NCBI RefSeq assembly: GCF_046105845.1
Contig: NZ_CP151004.1
Length of the DNA stretch: 64,000 bases
Reading direction: 5' to 3' (one strand)
Origin: Escherichia coli
Lineage (GTDB): Bacteria > Pseudomonadota > Gammaproteobacteria > Enterobacterales > Enterobacteriaceae
A model generated the notes under the pieces. It was not told where the DNA came from and ran no database searches. It saw only the letters and a program-made list of their open reading frames with translations. How positions within the stretch are numbered: position 1 is the stretch's first letter; each line of letters opens with the position of its first letter. The translations under genes were made by a program, and so were the position numbers. This document shows positions 11,465 through 27,546 of this stretch, one piece after another.

Positions 11465-11808
11465 TGTGTGAGTCAGTGCAGAATCGGATTAGCCCGTTTT
11501 TAGCCATCGGTAGGGTAAAGTTTGATGGAAAATATGGGTTATGTGCCGATGTATCCCACAATGAAATAACCCTCGAGGGAAAGGAATCAGCGCGATGAAC
11601 AAATTCACGGTGTTTTGCTGCTAGGTGTGGTATTTCTCGGCTTTATTATTGTACCGTTCTTGATATGGCCGACGGTGGTTGCGCTGGCTGCTTGTATTAT
11701 TACGCTGAGTTTTCTGGGGAGATACTGTTCTCTATCCCGCTCATGATCAGGCGTATTTCACTTCTGGAATTACAACTTTGGTTATCGGTTGTATATGCGC
11801 TTTGTCCA

Positions 11809-11907
11809 TGCCGGATGCGACGTGAACGTCTTATTGGCCTACAAAATCATGCAAATTCAATACATTGCATAAGCCACGTAGGCCTGATAAGCGTAGCGCA
11901 TCAGGCA
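11809..11907. repeat. REP (repetitive extragenic palindromic) elements, two copies in opposite orientation (BIME-like)
   Basis: gccggatgcgacgtgaacgtcttattggcctac and taggcctgataagcgtagcgcatcaggca match the canonical E. coli REP consensus; located just downstream of the glpD stop. Confidence 0.8.
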
Positions 11908-11969
11908 ATTTTGTATTTGTCATCAGTCTCAGACCAGATCGAAATCTGACCTGACCACCTTACGTTAAA

Positions 11970-13475
11970 TCACGAAGCCAGCGACAACTTCTGCTGCGTA
12001 TACTCCACCAGCCACTGACTCACACGAGATTGTTGATCCGCATTCAGCCACATGCCTTGTTTTGTGCGACGCCACAGGGCATCGTCGGCGCGGCGGACCC
12101 ATTCGTGATCCACCAGGTATTTCAGTTCCGCTTCGTAGAACTCATGACCGAAATCCTCCCCGAGGTCGCTTATCGCCACCGCATTGCAGAGCAGCAGCTC
12201 GCTGTTGCTGCCGTAAGTGCGCGCGTAGTGACGTGCCAGCGATTCGGTCAGGAATGGGTAACGACGGCGCAGACGAGCTGCGTAATCGTCGCGGTCGCCT
12301 TCAATGGCACCACCCGGCAGCACGCTCTCTTTTGTCCATGCCGGGCCAATGCCCTGATAATACGGCGTCAGTTTTTCCAGCGCATGTTCCGCCAGTTTGC
12401 GGTAGGTGGTCAACTTACCGCCGAATACCGACAGCAGCGGCGCTTTGCCGTTTTCATCATGGATATCAAGCGTGTAATCACGAGTAATAGCCTGCGGCGA
12501 GTCGGACTCATCATCACATAGCGGACGCACGCCGGAGTAGGTCCAGACGATATCGTCCCGGCTTAACTGCTTTTTAAAGTGCGTGTTATACACTTTCAGC
12601 AGGTAATTGATTTCACTCTCTTCAATTTTTACTGCTTTTGGATCACCTTTGTATTCCACATCGGTGGTGCCGATGATGGAAAACTCGTCCATCCACGGGA
12701 TCACGAAGACAATACGTTTATCTTCGTTTTGCAGAATGTAGGCCTGCTTTTGTGTATGCACACGCGGCACCACAATATGGCTGCCTTTGATCAGGCGAAT
12801 GCCATAAGGTGAGGGTAGATGCATCCCGTCGTCGAAGAACTGCTTCACCCACGGGCCGGTGGCGTTCACGAGGCCGCGCGCTTGCCAGCTATATTTTTTG
12901 CCGGTATCGATATCTTCTGCTTCCACAATCCACAGGCCGTTTTCGCGGCGAGCAGAAGTGGCACGAGTACGAGTAAGCACTTCACCGCCTTTACGTACCA
13001 CCATCTGGGCGTTGGCGAGCACCAGACGGGCGTCATCTACCCAACAGTCGGAATATTCGAATCCGCGCTTAATTTCCGGTTTTAACACTGAATTTGCGCC
13101 AAAACGCAAACCGGTTGATCCCGGCAGGCTGGTGCGTTTACCCAGATGATCGTACATAAACAGACCAATGCGAATCATCCACGCCGGGCGCAGATGCGGA
13201 CGATGCGGCAGGCGAAAACGCATCGGGAAGGCGATATGCGGGGCCATTTTCAGTAGCACTTCACGTTCAGCCAGCGCCTCGCTGACCAGGCGGAATTCAT
13301 AGTGCTCAAGGTAGCGCAGGCCACCGTGAATGAGTTTTGAACTGGCGGAAGAGGTCGCGCAAGCGAGATCCTGCGCCTCCAGCATCAGCACGGATAAACC
13401 GCGTCCAGCGGCGTCTGCCGCGATACCAGCACCATTGATGCCGCCACCTATCACAATCAGATCTTTGGTTTCCAT
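11970..13475 (-). CDS. glpD: aerobic glycerol-3-phosphate dehydrogenase GlpD
   Basis: ORF contains METKDLIVIGGGINGAGIAADAAGRGLSVLMLEAQDLA (FAD-binding GGG-x-G-x-G); 501 aa from the METKD start. Confidence 0.95.
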   Translation of the reverse strand: METKDLIVIGGGINGAGIAADAAGRGLSVLMLEAQDLACATSSASSKLIHGGLRYLEHYEFRLVSEALAEREVLLKMAPHIAFPMRFRLPHRPHLRPAWMIRIGLFMYDHLGKRTSLPGSTGLRFGANSVLKPEIKRGFEYSDCWVDDARLVLANAQMVVRKGGEVLTRTRATSARRENGLWIVEAEDIDTGKKYSWQARGLVNATGPWVKQFFDDGMHLPSPYGIRLIKGSHIVVPRVHTQKQAYILQNEDKRIVFVIPWMDEFSIIGTTDVEYKGDPKAVKIEESEINYLLKVYNTHFKKQLSRDDIVWTYSGVRPLCDDESDSPQAITRDYTLDIHDENGKAPLLSVFGGKLTTYRKLAEHALEKLTPYYQGIGPAWTKESVLPGGAIEGDRDDYAARLRRRYPFLTESLARHYARTYGSNSELLLCNAVAISDLGEDFGHEFYEAELKYLVDHEWVRRADDALWRRTKQGMWLNADQQSRVSQWLVEYTQQKLSLAS

Positions 13476-13508
13476 GCTGCCCTCATTCACTTTCGTTAAA
13501 GCTCATAA

Positions 13509-13526
13509 ATGTTCGTTATCGAACAT
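13509..13526. promoter_or_regulatory. GlpR operator-like palindrome in the glpD / glpEGR divergent control region
   Basis: Perfect palindrome ATGTTCG-TTAT-CGAACAT about 35 bp upstream of the glpD start codon; matches my recollection of the glp operator half-site TGTTCGA. Confidence 0.6.
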
Positions 13527-13586
13527 ATTAGCAAAGAATCGCGCTTTAGGTAACATTGAAAAAACATTTTTGAGTGATATGTATAA

Positions 13587-13991
<405 letters not shown>

Positions 13992-14023
13992 CGCTTTATA
14001 CTGTCCCCTTTTGTGTGGAATAA

Positions 14024-14866
<843 letters not shown>

Positions 14867-14882
14867 TTCCAGGGATTTATAA

Positions 14883-15641
14883 ATGAAACAAACACAACGT
14901 CACAACGGTATTATCGAACTGGTTAAACAGCAAGGTTATGTCAGTACCGAGGAACTGGTGGAGCACTTCTCCGTCAGCCCGCAGACTATTCGCCGCGACC
15001 TCAACGAACTGGCAGAGCAAAACCTGATCCTGCGCCATCATGGCGGCGCGGCGCTGCCTTCCAGTTCGGTTAACACGCCATGGCACGATCGTAAAGCCAC
15101 CCAGACCGAAGAAAAAGAGCGCATCGCCCGCAAAGTGGCGGAGCAAATTCCTAATGGCTCAACGCTGTTTATCGATATCGGCACCACGCCGGAAGCGGTG
15201 GCGCACGCGCTGCTTAATCACAGCAATTTGCGCATTGTCACCAACAATCTCAACGTCGCTAACACGTTGATGGTAAAAGAAGATTTTCGCATTATTCTCG
15301 CCGGTGGCGAATTACGTAGCCGCGATGGTGGGATCATAGGCGAAGCGACGCTCGATTTTATCTCCCAGTTCCGCCTTGATTTCGGCATTCTGGGGATTAG
15401 TGGCATCGATAGCGACGGCTCGCTGCTGGAGTTCGATTACCACGAAGTTCGCACCAAACGCGCCATTATTGAGAACTCGCGCCACGTTATGCTGGTTGTC
15501 GATCACTCGAAATTTGGCCGTAACGCGATGGTCAATATGGGCAGTATCAGCATGGTAGATGCCGTCTACACCGACGCCCCGCCGCCAGTAAGCGTGATGC
15601 AGGTGCTGACGGACCACCATATTCAACTGGAGCTGTGCTGA
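14883..15641 (+). CDS. glpR: DeoR-family glycerol-3-phosphate regulon repressor GlpR
   Basis: 252-aa ORF MKQTQRHNGIIELVKQQGYVSTEELVEHFSVSPQTIRRDLNELA (DeoR HTH). Confidence 0.95.
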   Translation: MKQTQRHNGIIELVKQQGYVSTEELVEHFSVSPQTIRRDLNELAEQNLILRHHGGAALPSSSVNTPWHDRKATQTEEKERIARKVAEQIPNGSTLFIDIGTTPEAVAHALLNHSNLRIVTNNLNVANTLMVKEDFRIILAGGELRSRDGGIIGEATLDFISQFRLDFGILGISGIDSDGSLLEFDYHEVRTKRAIIENSRHVMLVVDHSKFGRNAMVNMGSISMVDAVYTDAPPPVSVMQVLTDHHIQLELC

Positions 15642-17221
15642 TCCTGCACGGCTTCCCACGTCAGACCAAAACGCGCCAGGTATTTGCGTAGCCGATCCGC
15701 GTCATTGACGCTGGCTTTGCCCTGGCGCGAAACATCAAAAAGCTGTCGTCCGGCAGCAGAAAGCGACTTTGCCTGGCGGCAGATAGCGATAACGTGTTCC
15801 AGTTGCATACGGTCGAAGAGGTCGATGTTTTCTGCCTCAGCGCCCAGCAACGCCGGAAGCGCGGAGGGGCGACTCTCCTGCCAGTTATAGCGCAGACGGT
15901 TTATCTCATCTTCCACCACTTCCCGAGTGATGCGTCCGCTAGTGGCAAAGGTTGCCATCCGCGTGACGCTGGCAGAAAGTTCGCGAAAGTTACCGCGCCA
16001 TGTTGCCTGGGGAGAGGTCGCAAAAGCCAGCCAGGCGCGCCGCGCTTCGGTGTTAAAACGCACGCTGTCGCCAGTGAGTGAGGCGTGGCGCTCCACTTCA
16101 TAATCCAGGTTCGGTTCAATATCTTCCTGGCGCTGGAGTAGACCCGGCAGGGTGAAGGTCCAGAGATTGATCCGCGCGTACAGATCTTCGCGGAATTTGC
16201 CTTCGGCAACCAGCTGACGCAAATCGCGCACCGTTCCGGCGATAAGCTGAAAGTCGCTACTCACCTGGCGATCGCTGCCAAACGGATAAAAGGTTTTCTC
16301 TTCAATGGCTTTCAGCAACATCGCCTGTTCGTCTGCGCCCAGTTCGCCAATCTCATCAAGAAACAACATGCCACCGTTGGCGCTGCGTAATAATCCTTCA
16401 CGAGATTCCCGCGCCCCGGTGAACGCGCCTTTCACATGACCAAACAGCGTCGACATGGCGGTATCGCCGCGCAGGGTGGCGCAGTTCACTTCCACAAACG
16501 CGCCGCTAAACTGATGCCGTGCCTGTTTTAATTCAAAGATGCGTCGCGCCAGAAATGACTTACCCGCACCGGTCGGGCCGTTAAGCAGGATCGGTGCGCG
16601 GGATTTGATCGCCACTTTTTCGATCTGCTCAATCATGCGGTTGAAGTGGGGGTTACGTGTGGCAATGCCGGATTTGAGGAAGTCGAGGGTTTGCTGGCGT
16701 TCCTCGGCAAAGCGGCTGGCGATGGCGTTATAACGGCTTAAATCGAGATCGATAATCGTCACTTCACCTGCGCCGCGCGGTTGTTCTTTTTTGCGCGGTG
16801 GTGAAGATTGTATCAGCCGGGCGGGCAGGTAACGCGCTTCTGCCAGCAGAAACCAGCAAATCTGCGCGACGTGGGTACCGGTGGTGATGTGAATTAAATA
16901 GTCTTCTTTTTCTGGCTGGAACGCGTAACCACGGGCGAAATCATGCAGGCAGGCGTAAACCTCTTCGAAATCCCACGGGTTATGCAGTTCTATCTCAACG
17001 CCCACCACTTCTGTTTCTGGCGAAACGCTGGCGATATCGCGTTTAAGCGTTTCGAATAGCGAGCGCGAGCGGGCGTCGTGCAATAATTCCAGCCGATCGA
17101 TAACTAACGATTCTTGCTGGCATAGACAGAGTGTCGGACGCCATTTTGACCAGCGCTGACTGCCGCGCCCGGCATAATCCAGCACCGTTCCGACAAAACC
17201 AAAAGCCACTGTTTTACGCAT
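15623..17221 (-). CDS. rtcR: sigma54-dependent transcriptional activator RtcR
   Basis: 532-aa ORF MRKTVAFGFVGTVLDYAGRGSQRWSKWRPT...; AAA+ sigma54-activation domain (GPTGAGKS, GAFTGA); its 3' end overlaps the glpR 3' end by 19 bp (convergent). Confidence 0.94.
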   Translation of the reverse strand: MRKTVAFGFVGTVLDYAGRGSQRWSKWRPTLCLCQQESLVIDRLELLHDARSRSLFETLKRDIASVSPETEVVGVEIELHNPWDFEEVYACLHDFARGYAFQPEKEDYLIHITTGTHVAQICWFLLAEARYLPARLIQSSPPRKKEQPRGAGEVTIIDLDLSRYNAIASRFAEERQQTLDFLKSGIATRNPHFNRMIEQIEKVAIKSRAPILLNGPTGAGKSFLARRIFELKQARHQFSGAFVEVNCATLRGDTAMSTLFGHVKGAFTGARESREGLLRSANGGMLFLDEIGELGADEQAMLLKAIEEKTFYPFGSDRQVSSDFQLIAGTVRDLRQLVAEGKFREDLYARINLWTFTLPGLLQRQEDIEPNLDYEVERHASLTGDSVRFNTEARRAWLAFATSPQATWRGNFRELSASVTRMATFATSGRITREVVEDEINRLRYNWQESRPSALPALLGAEAENIDLFDRMQLEHVIAICRQAKSLSAAGRQLFDVSRQGKASVNDADRLRKYLARFGLTWEAVQDQHSSS

Positions 17222-17354
17222 CTTAGATATCCTTATAAAAGACGATATTTCATTATCGGTAAATTGGCTTTGCGGGAAATCTCCGTTTACGGACGTAAAA
17301 ATTTAATCTATTAAAAACAATGAATTAAAAAATTAAGCTGCTTAATTAATTTTC

Positions 17355-17370
17355 TGGCACGACGGTTGCA
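17355..17370 (+). promoter_or_regulatory. sigma54 (RpoN) -24/-12 promoter of rtcBA
   Basis: TGGCAC-gacgg-TTGCA, a perfect match to the sigma54 consensus TGGCAC-N5-TTGCA, about 40 bp upstream of the rtcB ATG and downstream of divergent rtcR. Confidence 0.85.
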
Positions 17371-17408
17371 ATTATCAGGACAGCAAACAACGAAAAGAGA
17401 AAAACAAA

Positions 17409-18635
17409 ATGAATTACGAATTACTGACCACTGAAAATGCCCCGGTAAAAATGTGGACCAAAGGCGTGCCGGTAGAGGCCGATGCGCGTCAGCAACTTAT
17501 TAATACGGCGAAGATGCCGTTTATTTTCAAACATATTGCGGTAATGCCGGATGTACACCTGGGTAAAGGTTCCACCATTGGTAGCGTGATCCCAACCAAA
17601 GGGGCGATTATTCCGGCGGCGGTGGGCGTGGATATCGGTTGTGGAATGAACGCGCTGCGTACCGCGTTAACGGCGGCAGACCTGCCGGAAAACCTGGCGG
17701 AACTGCGTCAGGCGATTGAAACAGCCGTGCCGCACGGGCGTACTACCGGACGTTGTAAACGTGATAAAGGCGCATGGGAAAATCCGCCTGTTAGCGTCGA
17801 TGCGAAATGGGCTGAGCTGGAAGCCGGTTATCAGTGGTTAACGCAAAAATATCCGCGTTTCCTTAACACTAACAACTATAAACACCTGGGAACGCTGGGA
17901 ACGGGTAACCACTTTATTGAAATCTGCCTTGATGAGTCGGACCAGGTGTGGATTATGCTGCACTCCGGTTCACGCGGAATCGGTAACGCCATCGGGACTT
18001 ACTTTATCGATCTGGCGCAAAAAGAGATGCAGGACCAGCTTGAAACCTTGCCGTCGCGTGATCTGGCGTACTTTATGGAAGGTACGGAATACTTTGATGA
18101 TTACCTAAGAGCCGTGGCCTGGGCGCAGCTTTTCGCCAGCCTTAACCGCGATGCGATGATGGAAAACGTGGTAACGGCGTTGCAGAGCATTACGCAGAAA
18201 ACGGTCAGACAGCCACAAACGCTGGCGATGGAAGAGATCAACTGTCACCACAACTATGTGCAAAAAGAACAGCACTTTGGTGAAGAGATCTACGTGACGC
18301 GTAAAGGCGCGGTGTCTGCGCGTGCTGGTCAATATGGAATTATTCCAGGGTCGATGGGGGCGAAGAGCTTTATCGTCCGTGGGCTGGGAAATGAAGAGTC
18401 GTTCTGTTCGTGCAGCCACGGTGCCGGGCGGGTAATGAGCCGTACCAAAGCGAAAAAACTGTTCAGCGTGGAAGATCAAATTCGTGCCACCGCGCATGTG
18501 GAATGCCGTAAAGATGCCGAAGTGATCGACGAAATCCCGATGGCGTATAAAGATATTGATGCGGTGATGGCTGCACAAAGCGATCTGGTGGAAGTTATCT
18601 ATACCCTGCGTCAGGTGGTGTGCGTAAAAGGATAA
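17409..18635 (+). CDS. rtcB: RNA-splicing ligase RtcB
   Basis: 408-aa ORF MNYELLTTENAPVKMWTKGVPVEADARQQLINTAKMPFIFKHIAVMPDVHLGKGSTIG. Confidence 0.95.
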   Translation: MNYELLTTENAPVKMWTKGVPVEADARQQLINTAKMPFIFKHIAVMPDVHLGKGSTIGSVIPTKGAIIPAAVGVDIGCGMNALRTALTAADLPENLAELRQAIETAVPHGRTTGRCKRDKGAWENPPVSVDAKWAELEAGYQWLTQKYPRFLNTNNYKHLGTLGTGNHFIEICLDESDQVWIMLHSGSRGIGNAIGTYFIDLAQKEMQDQLETLPSRDLAYFMEGTEYFDDYLRAVAWAQLFASLNRDAMMENVVTALQSITQKTVRQPQTLAMEEINCHHNYVQKEQHFGEEIYVTRKGAVSARAGQYGIIPGSMGAKSFIVRGLGNEESFCSCSHGAGRVMSRTKAKKLFSVEDQIRATAHVECRKDAEVIDEIPMAYKDIDAVMAAQSDLVEVIYTLRQVVCVKG

Positions 18636-19655
<1,020 letters not shown>

Positions 19656-19668
19656 TACAGAGATGTAA

Positions 19669-19692
19669 GCCGGATCCGACGTATTATCCGGC
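19669..19692. terminator. REP-like hairpin between convergent rtcA and malT
   Basis: gccggat / atccggc 7-bp inverted repeat with 10-nt loop in the 42-bp gap between the two stop codons; no clear T-run. Confidence 0.35.
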
Positions 19693-19697
19693 TAAAC

Positions 19698-22409
<2,712 letters not shown>

Positions 22410-22904
22410 TCACTTCACTGTGGAAAATGAGGAAATATTATTTTTTTTGCGCTTCGTAATTAATGGTTATAAGGTCGGCCAGAAACCTTTCTAATGCAAG
22501 CGATGACGTTTTTTTATGTGTCTGAATTTGCACTCTGTCACAATTCCAAATCTTTATTAATGACTCACCTAAAACGACGCTGATCCAGCGTGAATACTGG
22601 TTTCCCTTATGTTCATCAGATTCATTTAAGCAAGGGTTTCTTCTTCATTCCTGATGAAAGTGCTATCTAAAAAGATGATCTTAATAAATCTATTAAGAAT
22701 GAGATGGAGCACACTGGATATTTTACTTGTGAAACTGTTTCACTCCTTTACTTAATTTATAGAGTTACCTTCCGCTTTTTGAAAATACGCAACGGCCATT
22801 TTTTGCACTTAGATACAGATTTTCTGCGCTGTATGGCATTGATTTGCTGCTAATCCTGTGGTTTGCACTAGCTTTAAGTGGTCGAGATCACATTTCCTTG
22901 CTCA

Positions 22905-22950
22905 TCCCCGCAACTCCTCCCTGCCTAATCCCCCGCAGGATGAGGAAGGT
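22905..22950 (+). promoter_or_regulatory. malPQ promoter region with MalT-box-like hexamers
   Basis: GGATGA at 22938-22943 and an inverted GGAGGA-like hexamer about 22912-22922, 65-100 bp upstream of the malP ATG; consistent with the MalT box consensus GGA(T/G)GA. Confidence 0.45.
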
Positions 22951-22990
22951 CAACATCGAGCCTGGCAAACTAGCGATAACGTTGTGTTGA

Positions 22991-25408
<2,418 letters not shown>

Positions 25409-25417
25409 GGAAGCTCG

Positions 25418-27499
25418 ATGGAAAGCAAACGTCTGGATAATGCCGCGCTGGCGGCGGGGATTAGCCCCAATTACATCAATGCCCACGGTAAACCGCAGTC
25501 GATTAGCGCCGAAACCAAACGGCGTTTGCTTGACGCGATGCATCAACGTACCGCCACGAAAGTGGCGGTAACGCCAGTCCCGAATGTCATGGTTTATACC
25601 AGCGGCAAAAAAATGCCGATGGTGGTGGAGGGCAGCGGCGAATATAGCTGGCTGCTGACCACCGAAGAAGGAACGCAGTACAAAGGCCATGTAACGGGGG
25701 GCAAAGCGTTCAATCTACCGACGAAGCTGCCGGAAGGTTATCACACGCTGACACTCACCCAGGACGACCAGCGCGCGCATTGCCGGGTGATTGTGGCACC
25801 GAAACGCTGTTACGAACCGCAGGCGTTGCTGAATAAACAAAAGCTGTGGGGTGCCTGCGTTCAGCTTTATACGCTGCGATCGGAAAAAAACTGGGGTATT
25901 GGGGATTTTGGCGATCTCAAAGCGATGCTTGAGGATGTGGCAAAACGTGGCGGGTCGTTCATCGGTCTGAACCCGATTCATGCGCTCTATCCGGCAAATC
26001 CGGAAAGTGCCAGCCCGTATAGCCCGTCTTCTCGCCGTTGGCTGAATGTGATTTATATCGACGTTAACGCCGTCGAAGATTTCCATCTTAGCGAAGAGGC
26101 TCAGGCCTGGTGGAAGTTGCCGACCACGCAACAGACGCTGCAACAGGCGCGGGATGCCGACTGGGTTGATTACTCCACGGTTACCGCCCTAAAAATGACA
26201 GCATTACGAATGGCGTGGAAAGGTTTCGCGCAACGTGATGATGAACAGATGACCGCGTTTCGCCAGTTTGTTGCCGAGCAAGGCGACAGCCTGTTCTGGC
26301 AGGCGGCGTTTGACGCACTACATGCCCAGCAAGTGAAAGAGGACGAAATGCGCTGGGGCTGGCCTGCATGGCCAGAGATGTATCAGAACGTGGATTCACC
26401 AGAAGTGCGCCAGTTCTGCGAAGAACATCGTGATGACGTCGATTTTTATCTCTGGTTGCAGTGGCTGGCTTACAGCCAGTTTGCCGACTGCTGGGAGATA
26501 AGCCAGGGCTATGAAATGCCGATTGGCTTGTATCGTGATCTGGCGGTTGGCGTAGCGGAAGGTGGGGCGGAAACCTGGTGCGACCGTGAACTGTATTGCC
26601 TGAAAGCGTCGGTAGGCGCACCGCCGGATATCCTCGGCCCGTTGGGGCAGAACTGGGGATTGCCGCCAATGGACCCGCATATCATCACCGCGCGTGCCTA
26701 TGAACCGTTTATCGAGCTGTTGCGTGCCAATATGCAAAACTGCGGCGCATTACGAATTGACCATGTGATGTCGATGCTGCGTTTGTGGTGGATACCGTAT
26801 GGCGAGACGGCGGATCAGGGCGCGTATGTACACTATCCGGTGGATGATCTGCTCTCGATTCTGGCACTCGAAAGTAAACGTCATCGCTGCATGGTGATTG
26901 GTGAAGATCTCGGTACCGTACCGGTAGAGATTGTCGGTAAGCTGCGCAGCAGCGGTGTGTACTCCTACAAAGTGCTCTATTTCGAAAACGACCACGAGAA
27001 GACATTCCGCTCACCGAAAGCGTACCCAGAGCAGTCGATGGCGGTTGCGGCGACACACGACCTGCCTACGCTACGCGGCTACTGGGAGAGCGGGGATCTA
27101 ACGCTGGGCAAAACGCTGGGGTTGTATCCGGATGAAGTGGTACTGCGCGGTCTGTATCAGGATCGCGAACTGGCGAAGCAAGGACTGCTGGATGCTCTGC
27201 ATAAATATGGTTGCCTGCCAAAACGTGCCGGGCATAAGGCATCGTTGATGTCGATGACGCCGACGCTGAATCGTGGTTTGCAACGTTATATCGCTGACAG
27301 TAACAGTGCCCTGTTAGGGCTACAGCCAGAAGACTGGCTGGATATGGCGGAACCGGTAAATATTCCCGGCACCAGTTACCAGTATAAAAACTGGCGGCGC
27401 AAGCTCTCTGCAACGCTTGAGGCGATGTTTGCCGATGATGGCGTGAACAAGTTGCTGAAGGATTTGGACAGACGGCGCAGAGCGGCAGCGAAGAAGTAG
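25418..27499 (+). CDS. malQ: 4-alpha-glucanotransferase (amylomaltase) MalQ
   Basis: 693-aa ORF MESKRLDNAALAAGISPNYINAHGKPQSISAETKRRLLDAM; immediately downstream of malP. Confidence 0.95.
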   Translation: MESKRLDNAALAAGISPNYINAHGKPQSISAETKRRLLDAMHQRTATKVAVTPVPNVMVYTSGKKMPMVVEGSGEYSWLLTTEEGTQYKGHVTGGKAFNLPTKLPEGYHTLTLTQDDQRAHCRVIVAPKRCYEPQALLNKQKLWGACVQLYTLRSEKNWGIGDFGDLKAMLEDVAKRGGSFIGLNPIHALYPANPESASPYSPSSRRWLNVIYIDVNAVEDFHLSEEAQAWWKLPTTQQTLQQARDADWVDYSTVTALKMTALRMAWKGFAQRDDEQMTAFRQFVAEQGDSLFWQAAFDALHAQQVKEDEMRWGWPAWPEMYQNVDSPEVRQFCEEHRDDVDFYLWLQWLAYSQFADCWEISQGYEMPIGLYRDLAVGVAEGGAETWCDRELYCLKASVGAPPDILGPLGQNWGLPPMDPHIITARAYEPFIELLRANMQNCGALRIDHVMSMLRLWWIPYGETADQGAYVHYPVDDLLSILALESKRHRCMVIGEDLGTVPVEIVGKLRSSGVYSYKVLYFENDHEKTFRSPKAYPEQSMAVAATHDLPTLRGYWESGDLTLGKTLGLYPDEVVLRGLYQDRELAKQGLLDALHKYGCLPKRAGHKASLMSMTPTLNRGLQRYIADSNSALLGLQPEDWLDMAEPVNIPGTSYQYKNWRRKLSATLEAMFADDGVNKLLKDLDRRRRAAAKK

Positions 27500-27514
27500 T
27501 AGGGTGCGGTTGAT

Positions 27515-27535
27515 GCCGGATGCGATGCATCCGGC
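27515..27535. terminator. bidirectional hairpin between convergent malQ and gntT
   Basis: Perfect inverted repeat gccggatgc-gat-gcatccggc (9-bp stem, 3-nt loop) in the 47-bp gap between the stops. Confidence 0.6.
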
Positions 27536-27546
27536 AGTCGGTGTTA

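Noticed and set aside
3791-11808. Classical pathogenicity-island structure (tRNA-adjacent, integrase, direct repeats) for the fimbrial block
   Set aside because: No tRNA gene, integrase, transposase or flanking direct repeats were seen by eye; the block appears to be a simple intergenic insertion, so it was not annotated as a mobile element
11809-11907. Possible CRISPR-like repeats
   Set aside because: The repeated palindromes match the REP consensus (GCCGGATGCG... / ...CTTATCAGGCCTAC) and occur as a single inverted pair without regularly spaced unique spacers; nothing elsewhere in the window resembles a CRISPR array
11665-11949. 94-aa plus-strand ORF (MADGGCAGCLYYY...) as a real gene
   Set aside because: It runs through the REP elements and the glpD 3' flank, and has no RBS or recognisable domain; more likely a chance frame across repeat DNA (the hydrophobic fragments upstream are reported separately as a low-confidence finding)
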